From Cystobasidiomycetes sp. EMM_F5 (Eukaryota): DNA of 64,000 bases. The DNA lies in contig JBPGPT010000036.1 in assembly GCA_051047955.1 (NCBI GenBank), positions 62,001 to 126,000 on the forward strand, given 5' to 3'. Below the pieces are notes generated by a model, which did no database searches, was not told where the DNA came from, and was given only the letters and a program-made list of their open reading frames with translations. The translations under genes and the position numbers were made by a program. Shown here one piece after another: positions 12,720 through 24,726 of the stretch; the stretch's first letter is position 1, and each line of letters begins with the position of its first letter.

Positions 12720-15110
12720 CTACATCTTCCAGTCAAGACCCAAGTCGTTTTCAGCGGCCGGTGTGTCTTTCTTTGCGGCCTTGCCTTTCCTCTTGTCGAT
12801 TTCTTTAGTCAGATCTGCGACGGCTGCTCGCTCCGTGCTGTTCATAGCTTGCGGAACTGAAGGGCCAGCTTGAGTCTTGTTTCCTTGATGTGTCGGCATT
12901 TCTGCTCCACCAGGCTGAGCTTGCGATGTCGGTACAGGCTTTCGCCGGAACGCCTGCGCAGCTCTGTTCACCATTGGCTGCGTCGACGGACCAGGTAGTA
13001 CGGTAGGTAGACTCTGAGCTTCTTGTGCAATGGACCCGAGCTGTGTCGTCGGTTCGATGTCGGCTCGCTGACGTCTGGATGGCTCATCGGCACTAGCGGA
13101 TCTCGCAGGTAGCTTTGGCGGGACAAAGGCTGTCTTTGATTTCGAGGGCACTGGTCGCTCTCGCTTGATGCCCAACTTTTCCGCAACTCGACCAGTACCG
13201 GACGGTCCGGACGACTTGCTTGCGCTCGGAGCGGTCTGGCTGCGCTGTGGTATCATCCGTGACAGGCGGAACGCAACTTTGCCTTTACCTTTTCCTTTGG
13301 TTGCTGATGAGCCGGACGCATTGGCCGACACCCCAAGTTGGCCTTTCTTGGTGGCTAGGTTCGCAGCAGCTACCTTCTTTACTGCTTTGCGGAAGCGGAA
13401 TTCAGCCTTCTTGCCGCTTCCTTCTTTTGATGCTTTGTTCGCTACTCTGTTCACTCCGTCGTTTCCAGAAGAATCTGAGTCGCTGGAGGTGTTTGTGTCT
13501 GTAGAATTGCCTTTGTTTCCACTGTCCTTGCTGTTCTGACGACTCATATTCTGTCTTTGCACCACAGAGTCTTGACCATCTAAGGCGAACGTTTGCTTCT
13601 CGGCATCAGTGAAGAAGTCTGATACGGACGCATCATCCTGTGCGGCACCACTTTGAGCAGCTTCCAAAGCAGTCTGACGCCGCTGCCGACGAGCCTCCTT
13701 CTTGGCTTCCTTACTGGTATGCGATTTCTTTTCCTTCTTGGCCGCACGTTTAGCTTCATCTTTCGCTTGTTTCATAAGCTGCTTGGTAAGTTTCTGGAAG
13801 CCATTTTCTCGCTTCTTTCCGGTCCGCATCTCGTAGAGAGCGTCTTCGAGAGCCATGTCCGAAATGACCATCTGACAAGCTGAACTATGAGATTTGTCGA
13901 GTAAGATACGACGCTGCTTGATTGCGTTGCGCTCCTTGATGGGGAAATGTTTATCGCGAAAAGCACGCAGAGCCTTTTCGTCGAGGGTGGCCTTGTCTGG
14001 AGGTTGATCGATACCATCTACCTTGCCGCCAAGTAGACCAGCCTTTTCAGCCTCGTCCAGCTCAGATTCTCCACTCTCCGACGCTATCGCAGCCTCTGCG
14101 CCGGCTTGGAACTTTTTAAGCATGGCTTCCAGCCGGCCAAGCTTTGACAGGACAGACTTTTCTGCCGCACTTTGGTTGCGTGTGATTTCAATTGTCCTCT
14201 TGCCTTTCGGTCGGACTCCTCGCCCCCGCTGAGCTTGCGTAACGAAAGCAAGGAAGAGAATGACGAGTTCCATAATAGCAATAATGGCATCGAAGAGTAC
14301 TGTAAGGAGTACGTGATGTGGTTCATAGTTGGTTTTTGTGATGATGTTGCCTCTGTACCAGAAGAAGAGCCCGAGAGCGAGTCCCAAGAAGCCAATGTCA
14401 GACAAAACAGCTAGGAGAGCGATGAAGACTGTGAATGTGGGAGGACTGCATTGACAGAACGCCTATCGGAAGGGTAAATCAGCGCGAGTCTCCTCAGGTC
14501 ATGTCTTTGTCCGCACAAATGCTGCAGCGAACGTGAATACAAATGCGGCTGTGCGGCTTTTAGATGCGTTCTGCCCGCATCTTTGGTAACTTGCTTACCT
14601 AGGCCGACTAACGGGTAGGTTGCGGTGACCAAAGTTGGCGGCATGACAGCAGTCCAAGCGTCTCCGCCTTGCATGACAGTTTTGTCTGTACACATAACAG
14701 AGGTCAGCTTGATTCTGCCTAGCATGGCTTTAAACACAGGCGCACCTATGGATAAGCCCAGGCCAAAAGGGCCGCAAGATACGGCGTTGGCGCTCTTCCA
14801 GCATATACGGAACATTCCGATGTATACGGAGTCGGGGCCACCGCCACCTTTTGAATTTGCCTGTATAATTGCCCAAGGGGGCCCGAGTTCCGCATTGGCA
14901 TAGCTGGCGAGATTTATTGATAATTGAACGAGTGTGAGTAGTGCAGCTGGGTAACATGACAACGCACTCATCAGCTTCATATCCGACTCTGTAGACTCCT
15001 CGGCAGTAGCCCGAGGACAGGTCCAGCTCACCTGCTACCAGAGCAAAAGCTAGAGTGAGCCGGCCACAGTGCAGAGGCTTGCTCTTCTGTCCAGCTTCTA
15101 TATCGGCCAT
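12720..15110 (-). CDS. Membrane protein with SUR7/PalI/claudin-like N-terminal region and long basic, low-complexity C-terminal tail
   Basis: Several hydrophobic helices and a loop motif YIGMFRICW..SC. The last exon is a 561-codon Lys/Ala/Ser-rich ORF. Confidence 0.6.
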
Positions 15111-15397
15111 ACAATGGCGAACGCATCGAGCGATCTAAGTAAGTTTGGGTTAGGTAGGAATAAGCGTGACTGGGGTGCTCGGGTGTGCGGTGTATATTAA
15201 TGGTCGACACAGCCGAAGTGCACAGCTAGACGTTAGATAGTCAGCTGACACGCGGTCGGGAAGGTGGGAGCTACGTATGTTTAGAAAAGCGGGATGCTGC
15301 AAGTTATATTGGTTCTGCTCGACTTGATATCCCCAAAGACGCTCCGGAAGATGTCACAATTGCCGCGACATGCGTGCCTGACCACTACATCATAACT

Positions 15398-16378
15398 TTA
15401 TACAGCAGCAGGTGCCGTCTCAGTACCTCCAGTAGGACTCGACGCCTGTTGTTGCTGCTCCTCCAATCCGATGCGGAATCCTTCCAGTGTCCTCGCCAAC
15501 TCTCCACCAGCGGCAGATTGAAGCACACCAAACACGCTTCTCGCCGGACTCTCGATGACCGCTAGTAATTCAGCATATATCTGGTCCAGAGGCGGCAAGT
15601 TTGCGATATGAGTCAATTCTACCTGATTGGCTGCTCGGTGGTCGACCAATGCGGAAATGACGCCCATTCGTTGTGTCTTTGCTTCCTGTTGTTGAGTTGC
15701 TTTTCCCTTTCCAGCAGCAGCGGCTGCAGCTTCCTTCATCTTCTTACGCTGATTGGTTGAATTGGATAGCTTGGTGATGGCTGCCATTGCGGCTTTTAGG
15801 GTTGGCGGATGCAGTGTCGGCAAGGAGAGAACACCCAAACTCCCTCCGTGGCTCTTGATGTATTCGACAACTGATCTCGACGATGTCTGTAGTTCAGGAT
15901 GCGACTTGGCCAGTGTTGCAATAGTGGGTCCCAAGAGTCCTGCTCGGAAATAGGTGAATGTCGGTCGTGTTTGCGACGATGTAGACAGTGCTTGCGAGGC
16001 CGAGGCAGCGTTGATGGCATCGGCCGATGGATTAGACGGCAGAGGTATTGTTGCAAGATCTACGCGCAACTTTGTGAGTTCTGCGACGGTAAAGTCTTCT
16101 GGGCGGAGAAATACGACGACAGAGGAGGATGTAAGGAGATTCTTGTATTGCTCTATGAGGTATTGCTTGCGAATCGGCATTACTCGCTTGGAGGGTGACC
16201 GGCCTTTGCCTTTGAGTGATCTGATTGCCGTTTCAGAGTCTGCAGATGGCCTGGAGGAGGTGGAAGCGTGTCGGAGAATGCTCGTCGATGGTGAGGATGA
16301 GGATATCGAGGGTATCGACGCAGGCCTGCAGCAGCTTGGCCGACTCCAGCAGTTTTCGAGGATCCGTTTGGATGCCAT
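15398..16378 (-). CDS. Mitochondrial ribosomal protein uL10m
   Basis: Arg/Ser-rich presequence, RKQYLIEQYKNLL..ELTKLRVDL, and L10-type C-terminus ANLPPLDQIYAELLAVIESPA. Confidence 0.8.
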   Translation of the reverse strand: MASKRILENCWSRPSCCRPASIPSISSSSPSTSILRHASTSSRPSADSETAIRSLKGKGRSPSKRVMPIRKQYLIEQYKNLLTSSSVVVFLRPEDFTVAELTKLRVDLATIPLPSNPSADAINAASASQALSTSSQTRPTFTYFRAGLLGPTIATLAKSHPELQTSSRSVVEYIKSHGGSLGVLSLPTLHPPTLKAAMAAITKLSNSTNQRKKMKEAAAAAAGKGKATQQQEAKTQRMGVISALVDHRAANQVELTHIANLPPLDQIYAELLAVIESPARSVFGVLQSAAGGELARTLEGFRIGLEEQQQQASSPTGGTETAPAAV

Positions 16379-16622
16379 TTGAGCGATAAAACGATGCTTT
16401 TTGGGATATCAATGGGTGTTGCAGATGTCCAGACAGCAGTATGACAATCTAATAAGCAGTCCAGCCTATTTCAGCACTTGCTCATCGTTTGCGACCAGTC
16501 GGAGTCCAGTCAAGCTGCGTCGGAACTTTCTGAACTCTTTTGAATCACTTCCAACTGGACGACGACGACGACGAGCAGCCTTTTCAGCCTCGATAGTCAG
16601 CCAACCATTCAGCCAGCCAGCC

Positions 16623-17443
16623 ATGTCGTTCCTCCGGGCAATCTCGCACGCCGCAAAGAGCTCTGCCGCTGCTCGCCGTCCAGCAATCCAGCAATCCGCA
16701 GCCATATCGGGCAGAGTGGTCGCCAGTCAGTCGCATTATCGTATTATACGCTCTCCTCGCCCTCTGTAGTCAGGCTGACGCTTTTCCGCATTCATTTCCG
16801 ACATCTCCTCGCCGTCTTAGCCCGGGCGTACTCGTCGGGGCACGAGGAAGAGTCCTACGAGGTGGGCTGGTTGGAGTATCGTCAATATTGTGTGATATTG
16901 GCACGCTGACCCTACGCTTCCTCTAGGCCTTCACCGAGCGATATGCGTGAGGCTGTTGGATCCATCTCCAGCTTCTCCGCTTGGAAAGATCAACTAAACC
17001 TCGCTTGATGATGACCAGGAAATTCTTTGAATCCGTAGAAGATACCTTTGAGCTGCAGCGCGGTCTCAACAACTGCTTCGCTTACGACCTCGTGCCCGGA
17101 ATGCCAATCGTGGAAGCTGCAATCAAGGCTTCTAGGCGGCTCAACGACTATTCGACGGGTGGGTGACACTATTCACACTACTATGTCTGACAGATACTGA
17201 CTGACTCCTGCTTCCTATTTCATCGCAGCCGTCCGCGTATTCGAAGGCCTCAAGGAAAAGGTGGAAAACAAGGAACAGTACAAGCAGTACCTCGACGAGA
17301 CGGCGTCGATGAGAAAGGAGTTGGGTGAGCAGAAGATGAGACGCTCAAGTGGACGAGGAGATATGTATATTCATGCTGATGATCCCTTCTATACTTTCTC
17401 AGGCATCCTGACCAAGGAAGAGCTGTATGGCCTTGCTGCGTGA
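16623..17443 (+). CDS. COX6: Cytochrome c oxidase subunit VI (COX5A family), multi-exon
   Basis: Presequence, then HEEESYE, FELQRGLNNCFAYDLVP..AAIKASRRLNDY and GLKEKVENKEQY. Confidence 0.95.
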
Positions 17444-17741
17444 TGATACGACGGCAGCGAGAACAACAGACTATCTGCAATAGACTAGCTTGAGCTTGTA
17501 ATATACCGCACACCACGCAATGAGCGGCAGAAATGCGACAACGGCATCACAGATTCAGACACGCAGCCAGTCAGCTTTCGCACATAGAGACGGCAGCACT
17601 TGCATTTCACCACGACGATCGAACAGCGAGCAATGATACAACGTTTGCAGTGTTGCGCGATCTGTCGATGGTAGAGTAACAGATCCCACCGTTCCCAGTA
17701 TGCAACCAAACACCAACAAGACTTGACCGGTGATGAAGCGG

Positions 17742-18503
17742 TTAGATGTACTGGGGGTACGGATGTTATGAGTGCAGTCCTAATTACATCCAGCCTGACC
17801 TGACTCACAGTATCGTATGGCAGGGCAGTCAGAGTCTCGAGGGCGTTTGACTCTGTCACCTTGATGTGACGGGCTTGACGGGGTGCTTCTGGCAGACGCT
17901 TTAGCTCGACCTGGTAGGATGAACGTGCAAATTCCATGCATTAGAAGTAGTCTATCTCTCCAACGCTGTCACTCGCGCACCTTTTCGCCCTTGTCCTTTG
18001 CCTCTCGCTTCTTTTGCGCATTCTCCTTTACCCTTCTCAAAAAGTCTGTCCTGCACTTGGAGATGCGTACATGCTCCACTCGCAGATTTACTCGCTTCTC
18101 GAGGTATCGGTTTCCGACTGGCTTGTAGATGATTACTCCGACGGCTCTCGGGCTGATGTTGTAGATGACGCCCGTCCGTCCTACGTAGTACTTGTGGGGG
18201 AGAGACTTGTGCTGAGCTGCGTTGGGCACGATATCGACAATGTCGCCAATCTTGAAGACGCGGAGGTACGTCGAGGTGTTGATCTGGCCGCCCTTCTTGA
18301 ACCCCCGCTTGAACATGTCGCGCGTACGCGCTCTGTAACCCTGTCAGTTCGTAATGTCGAGCATAGTTGCGGCAGGTTGTAGTTATATCGATATCATGGT
18401 TTATATTGCATATTTGATTGCGATTTGGAGATTGTCAAGCCAGTCAGCCCAGCCCAGAGTATGCGGCTCTCTGCAGCGCAGTACGCACATATGAGTGCGG
18501 CAT
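17742..18503 (-). CDS. RPL21: 60S ribosomal protein eL21
   Basis: MPHSY|GYRARTRDMF, KIGDIVDI..PHKYYVGRTG..KRVNLRVEHV, ending PYDT|YI*. Confidence 0.97.
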
Positions 18504-18749
18504 CTTGACGTGTATCCGCTATGCAATGTGGTGAGGATTACTCTGTATTGGCCGGGTTTGGAGCCCTTCGAGCTCAGAGAACTTCCGTTTTGAGCCTTCT
18601 CTGGATCTGACGGGAAAATCATGAATTGGGGAGAGAGAAAACTTCTGACCGTACAGGCTGAGGCAGGGAGTGCAACTGCCTCTAATGGAACATAGAAACA
18701 GTAACAATGTCGCTCGTCTTTTCAGCTTCGTCGTATCATTACTGATGGC

Positions 18750-18819
18750 TGAGCTGTGATGATATGGTACTGACGACCATCCAAGCATGCTGATGACTAC
18801 TAATGACGCTGACTGCTCA
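18750..18819 (+). ncRNA. Candidate box C/D snoRNA
   Basis: C box GTGATGA (18756-62), D' CTGA (18770-73), C' TGATGA (18791-96) and D box CTGA (18809-12), flanked by a TGAGC/GCTCA terminal stem. Confidence 0.5.
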
Positions 18820-19482
18820 CAAAGTATCGATTGTGCTCCAGATGATCATGCTGAATGTCCTCCATTGACTGACAACATGTCCGTTCTCCTAAATATGCCC
18901 CGCATTCATACAGATTTAGGTAGAGGCATAGGGCCTGCCAGAAGCTATTAGGCTGCTACTTGTGTGACGCTCCGTCTGCTGCTCCGTCTGCTGCTGAACT
19001 GTGAAGTCATTTCTCGCTTCTTCTAATATCCTAACAATCGTCGCCTGTCTGTAATTAAGGGCAGTGCAAGATTGGTCTTTGCGGCTACCAATTGCAGCCC
19101 ATCGTAACATCGGCAGCGGGAGCTGGACATCACTAAACAATGCGATGGCGCAAGCGAATTAATTCTTACTTCAAGTTGTTCTTTCCCAAATCCCTCTCTA
19201 TCGCCTGTTCTCCGCAAATATAGCGCGCTTTCCCTGCTTCTTTTTCGAGCGAGTCTCTCTCCTCGCACACACAAACGCATTACCCTATGCAACTACTGCG
19301 CTTCTTTGACCTCCTCACCAGCCAGTAGCCCACTCTGCAAATCCTCCGCTCTTCTCGCAAGCCGGGTCTGCCGAGCGAGTGGCCAAAGTGGCGTCACTAA
19401 TTGGCATCGCAGCGAGGGAGAAACGAAAAAGAAGACGAGGTTGCTGGTTGCTTTCAGCACAACGAAGCACTCATACATCACC

Positions 19483-20195
19483 ATGTCGAGCATGGTAGGC
19501 AGTTCCGATACGCAAAACAACTCCAACAGGGTTGGCAGTGTTCTCTATTACTGTGGGTTTATACCTCGTCATGTGGAAGCCAGCTCTGATCTTTCCGTCT
19601 TCTTAGCCATCACTGCCGCCGTGGTCATTGGACTGGCTGCGATAGTTATTCTCGCAAAGTGGTGGTACAACCGAAAGCACAAGCGAGAAATGCAGGCCCG
19701 TATCGATTTGGAGAGGCAAGCTATGGTACGTGTAGACGATGTGGCGAGAGATAAAGATTGGAATCTGACTATGGTTTCCGTTATCAGACCCGCCGAGGTG
19801 AAGCGCCAGACCTGCCCACATACCTGGATCAGAGTGGGACAACCCGCGTTCCGATGCCTACCCTATCGTACCCCGAGATGGCATATCGCGGCAATGGACA
19901 AGAATGGGAGCACGTTGCACCCGACGGAACATCGCATCCTGGTGCACAGCATGATCTGAACCTACCTTCATACGAGAACGAGCCGCCAAAGTACGAATAC
20001 AACAACAATCTGTCCCCATCTGAAAACCTGGCTCTTTCGAGATCGTCAACGAGAAGATCTCTGGAAAGGAGTACGATGCAGCATGTCGGAAGCCGACCGT
20101 CGCTCCTGAGCAGGCCTAGTGCTCCTCGAACGGCGTCTGCCGATATGGTCACTGTTCCTTTGGACAATATCCCTCGAGCGGATCAAAGGCCATGA
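19483..20195 (+). CDS. Single-pass membrane protein with PY motifs (candidate Rsp5/Nedd4 adaptor)
   Basis: TM segment ITAAVVIGLAAIVILAKWWY followed by a basic patch. After an intron at ~19726-19787 the tail carries LPTY, LPSY and PPKY. Confidence 0.65.
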
Positions 20196-20509
20196 CTTTG
20201 GTTTGATCAAGCTGTTTATATCCAATCTCAGCGCTCACGTACGACTTCTTAACCATGAACCCATCAGTGACTTGTCACCCATTACCTCTTCGACAATCTA
20301 ACTTTCTGTAGACCGTCTTCAAGAACCTGTAGATGCAAGCGAAGCCGTCCAATTCGTCCATAGTAGTAACCAAATGTAGCCTACAGCATGAGCAAATGAA
20401 TGAAATGTCCTTCGAAGCTTCAGTGCTTGTTTTGACAACTTGCGACCATTGACCGGTTCTTTCTTTCTGATAGCCGGGATCTTTTACCAACCAACCTGAC
20501 TTTATCACA

Positions 20510-21927
20510 ATGTCGACGTCTTCACCGCCCAGCAGCAGCAACAATGGGAGCATACAGTCTGCCGTTTCATTCCTGCAGGATCCCTCAGTTTCGTCGTCGC
20601 CGTTGACGAAAAGGATTGCATTTCTGGAAGCAAAGGGACTCAGTCCTGGCGATATTGAGACGGCGCTCAGGCTGGCTGGCCAGTCAAACGGTGTCAGTAA
20701 TAGCACCGGGTATGGATACAGCGCCCAGCAATTACCGTATGGCCAGCAATTTGGAGGAGCAAGGTACCCGATACCCCCATATCCAAATGAACGACGACCG
20801 CCAGACTGGAGGGACTGGTTCATAATGGCCGTCGTGGGAGGCAGCGTCGGGGCAGGCTTATACTCGCTGGCGAGGGTTAGTTACATGTTACGGCAAGAAA
20901 GCTGGTTTCATATCATCATACTGACGTTATTCGCTGCAGAAATACCTTGTACCGGCGCTGGCCCCACCTTCCCAGACTGAACTACAAGCAGCTCAGGACG
21001 CGCTGACTGCAAAGTACGACGAAGCAGCTGCGATATTGGAATCGCTGCAGTCGGATACGCAACACATCAAACAGACGTTGGACGAGCAGACGGCAAAGGT
21101 AGAGGAGAGCGTCGAGCGAGTCACACAGGCGCTCGACGGCGTGCAAGAGAAGGAGAGGGTGCGGGATGAGGAGCTCGACAAGATCAAGGACGAAGTGGCT
21201 GCGCTGAGGGGTTTGGTCGAGAGGGTGCGTCTATCCTGACACGAAAGTATGGCAATCTGAGCTGGCTAATGACGACACCATATGACAATTGCAGATGTTT
21301 GATAAGCACAAAGACGCACAAACGTCGTCACTCAACGAAATACAAACAGAACTGAGGTCGCTCAAGTCTCTTCTCGGTAGACGGCAGGATGGGCCCGGAC
21401 AGAGCAAGATTGAGAGTGTTGGGAATGCGTCTTCTTCTCCGAATGGACGAGCGTCTCCTGCAATCAATGGAAGCACTCGCGACAGAGCGAATGGATCGAC
21501 TTCACCGTACGCAACGTCAGTTTCTGGATCTGGCGAACTCCCCCGACCGCAATTTGGTCTATCGGCTTCATCGACCATGCACAACCTGAATGGAGCTGGT
21601 AGCAGCAATAATAGTGGCAGCTCTCTGCCTGCATCACGCTCGTTCGATCACATCATGAAACGTGCGCCTGGCATACCAGCCTGGCAACTGCAAGCGACGA
21701 GGGATAGTAGCGGGAGCGGGGCGACAAGTACTCCCTCGACGGATCCCCAACCTACTATACGCCCCGCAGAGAGTATTGCCAGTGGAGACGGTAGTTCTGC
21801 CCCGCTGATCTCCGACTCGCCGGCTGTCGATGTGAAGAGGGGTGTCTCGCCATCGCAAGGCCAATCGGATACTTCCAAGCTATCCGAGAGCACTGACGCA
21901 GTGCTTGTGGATTCTGCGGGTCCTTGA
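20510..21927 (+). CDS. PEX14: Peroxisomal docking factor Pex14
   Basis: SAVSFLQDPSV..KRIAFLEAKGL, DWRDWFIMAVV, a coiled coil, ELRSLKSLL and IPAWQ. Confidence 0.95.
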
Positions 21928-22277
21928 ATGGAGGTATCGAACGTGGTTCTATCACTCGATGGGGCCATGACGTCTGAGGTTGGTTGAAAGTCGTGCGTGT
22001 ACGTCCAGCCTCGCTCTGCCAATGTTGTCGTAAGCTCTACGAATGCAGTCATCCGCCATGAATGGGACGCTGTTTGTCTGTTTGCATCTCGGATGATGTC
22101 TATTGATTTGTTGGCCCTTTGAGGCTCCTTCGGACTTTGGAATTTGGCTTGACCTCTGGCCAACTTGGAGCAGCTTTTGAGCGGGACATTGCAGGACAGC
22201 GACGACGAGGAGCACAGTATACGGAATACAAATACATTCAAATACATTTAAAACATTCAAAACAAGACCCAGCTCAG

Positions 22278-24236
22278 ATGGCAGACGCAAACTCGCGAAC
22301 TGGACCCGTGGCAGGCCAGAAGACAACGTGGGCGATTGAAATGATTAACAAGAATGTTAATACCTGGCTAATGTTTTAATTATTCAATATCCGCAGCCTC
22401 GTCCTGTCGTCGCTGCCCCCGAAACAGCAGGGATTTGGACAGAACCTGGTACGCCGTCAAAGGGACAATATCGAGCACTTTTCTGACTGGAGATGATTGA
22501 CTTTGACGTGTTCACTATTCCGACTAACCCACTACTATTCAATCCGCTCTCCGATCTTTTGCGCAGTTTCCACGGACTCCGTCGAGGGTGGACCCCAAGT
22601 GAGTGCGTCAAGTTAATGAGATGGGCTTGACTGGCTGACACTATTGTCGCATTCAAGCAACCCGCCATGGCCAGCGTACAGAGGGTACCACGAGTACTCG
22701 TTTGCCCACGCTACAATGGGCGTGCGACTGCCAACCATTCTCGGCAAGGCCATTGACGACACCGTAAAGACGCTCAACGAGCAGTCGGACGAGGATCGCA
22801 TGAAGGATCTCGTTAGATGTATCGAAAAGATGGAGGACTTGATGGACGACTTGCAAAAGAACCGTGAGCAATTCCTGACAGGCTGTATCGCGTAAAGCCT
22901 GGGCCTAACTCTTTGCATCCGCCATCCACTCGATGCGGACACTCCCCGCAGGCAAACTCCGACCCATCATCGACGACAACGAGGCAGATGTGTCGCTCTG
23001 GAACAAGGAGATTGCAAAATACTTTCGAGGCAAGGACTTTATGACGGCACCGTGGCTGTTTGCAGAGGCTTACAAGTATCGAAGGTGAGGATGGCAACGC
23101 TTACTGGAGTATCTTTGCATTCGTATTTGGAACTGACCATGTCTGGATACTGCAGACTCCACGAATGCTTCACTACCTCCAAGTACTGGAAGGACTATGA
23201 CGTATTCTTCAGACAAAAGGTGGAGGACATTTGCTGGTTATTCTGAGTGTCGCTGATTTTGATTCCCCACGCTACGCAGTGCGACACATTCTCTCGCTCT
23301 GCACAAGCTGTCTTTGAGCTGTCCACCCGCTTCGCTGCACCATTCACGCAAAAGGAGGGCGCTACCGATGGCGAAAAGCAGGCCGCCAACAAGCTCATGT
23401 TCCACGAACTTACCCAGGTCTGCCTGTGGGGTAACTCGACTGACCTCTCCCTTCTCATTGACATGAGCGAGGAGGATATCAAGAAGCTTCAGTCTACTGG
23501 CGGAGACCACCTTGCCTCCACTGAAAAGAACATTCTCGGCAACCACCTTCCCGAGCTGTGGAACCTTGTCAGCACCATGAAGGGCGGCAGAATCGACTTT
23601 GTCCTAGATAATGCCGGCTTTGAGCTGTACTGCGATCTGGTCTATGCCGACTGGCTTCTTCAATCTGGTATCGCACGCGAGATTCGCTTCCACGGCAAGC
23701 GCTTCGCTTGGTTCGTGTCGGACGTTACCAAGAAGGACTGGAACTGGCTCCTCAACTCAATGGTCTACGGTCACCTCTTCTCCGGACAGACTGACGACGA
23801 GTTGGCCAGCTTGAAGCGCATGGGACTGAGATGGAAGCAATACGAGCAGGAAGGCAAATTCATCTATGAGCAACACTCTTTTTGGTGCACTGGGTATACC
23901 TTCTGGAGCATTGCAGAGGAGTCCCCAGATCTCTTCCTCCATCTCTCCGAGTCCAACCTGGTCATCTTCAAGGGTGATCTCAACCACCGTAAACTCACCT
24001 ACGACTGCCACGCTCCTCCTACGACTCCCTTTGAAGTGGCTATTGGACCGCTTGCCTCGCTGGCTGGTACTCCTCCAGTGTGTTCCTTGCGTACAATCAA
24101 GTCGGACGTTGTCGTGGCCATCAAGGGCGAGGATGCTCAACGCCTGGACGAGCAGGAGCCAGGCTGGAAGATCAGCGGCAAGTACGCAGTCGTCCTCTTG
24201 TCGGAAGGCCACCCCGGAGAGAAGGTCAAGCTTTAG
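22278..24236 (+). CDS. Damage-control phosphatase ARMT1/DUF89 family
   Basis: RLPTILGKAID, APWLFAEAYKYR, LWGNSTDLS, DFVLDNAGFELYCD, FKGDLNHRKL and LRTIKSD. The 5' exons were assembled manually in frame, so the start is less certain. Confidence 0.9.
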
Positions 24237-24726
24237 ACGGCGCACGCGTCCGAAATCGGTGACTAGAGTCAACTCAGCACCTTGCGATCTTTTCTCTCGG
24301 CAGGATCGCAGTAAATCGTCAATTACAGTCTTTGTAGAACAGTCCGGTACAACTGGGAGGGAGTGGATTTACCCTAGAACTCAGTCTGTACACGCAGCAC
24401 AACATCATTTACAGGCATTCTCAATACCGTTTCTACCTTGTTTCGTACCGTCCTCACTACCTTCTCGTGAGATTTCTAGATGAATAGCAAATCACGTTGT
24501 GTACCGCTGCATCAGAACCACAATGCAATGTATCTGTACGCCTTTCTAACGGCGCATTCGAGATCACAGTCGGCGGGCCAAAGCTGGCTTTCGTAGCGAG
24601 TGCGCCTGGAAGAAGATCATGAAAGTGTACAACGACAGGTAGTACTTCACTGGTACTGTCTAACAACGTGGTTGCTCGACTCTGTTCGACGCTGTAGACA
24701 CCGATGACATGATCAGTGCAGCACTG

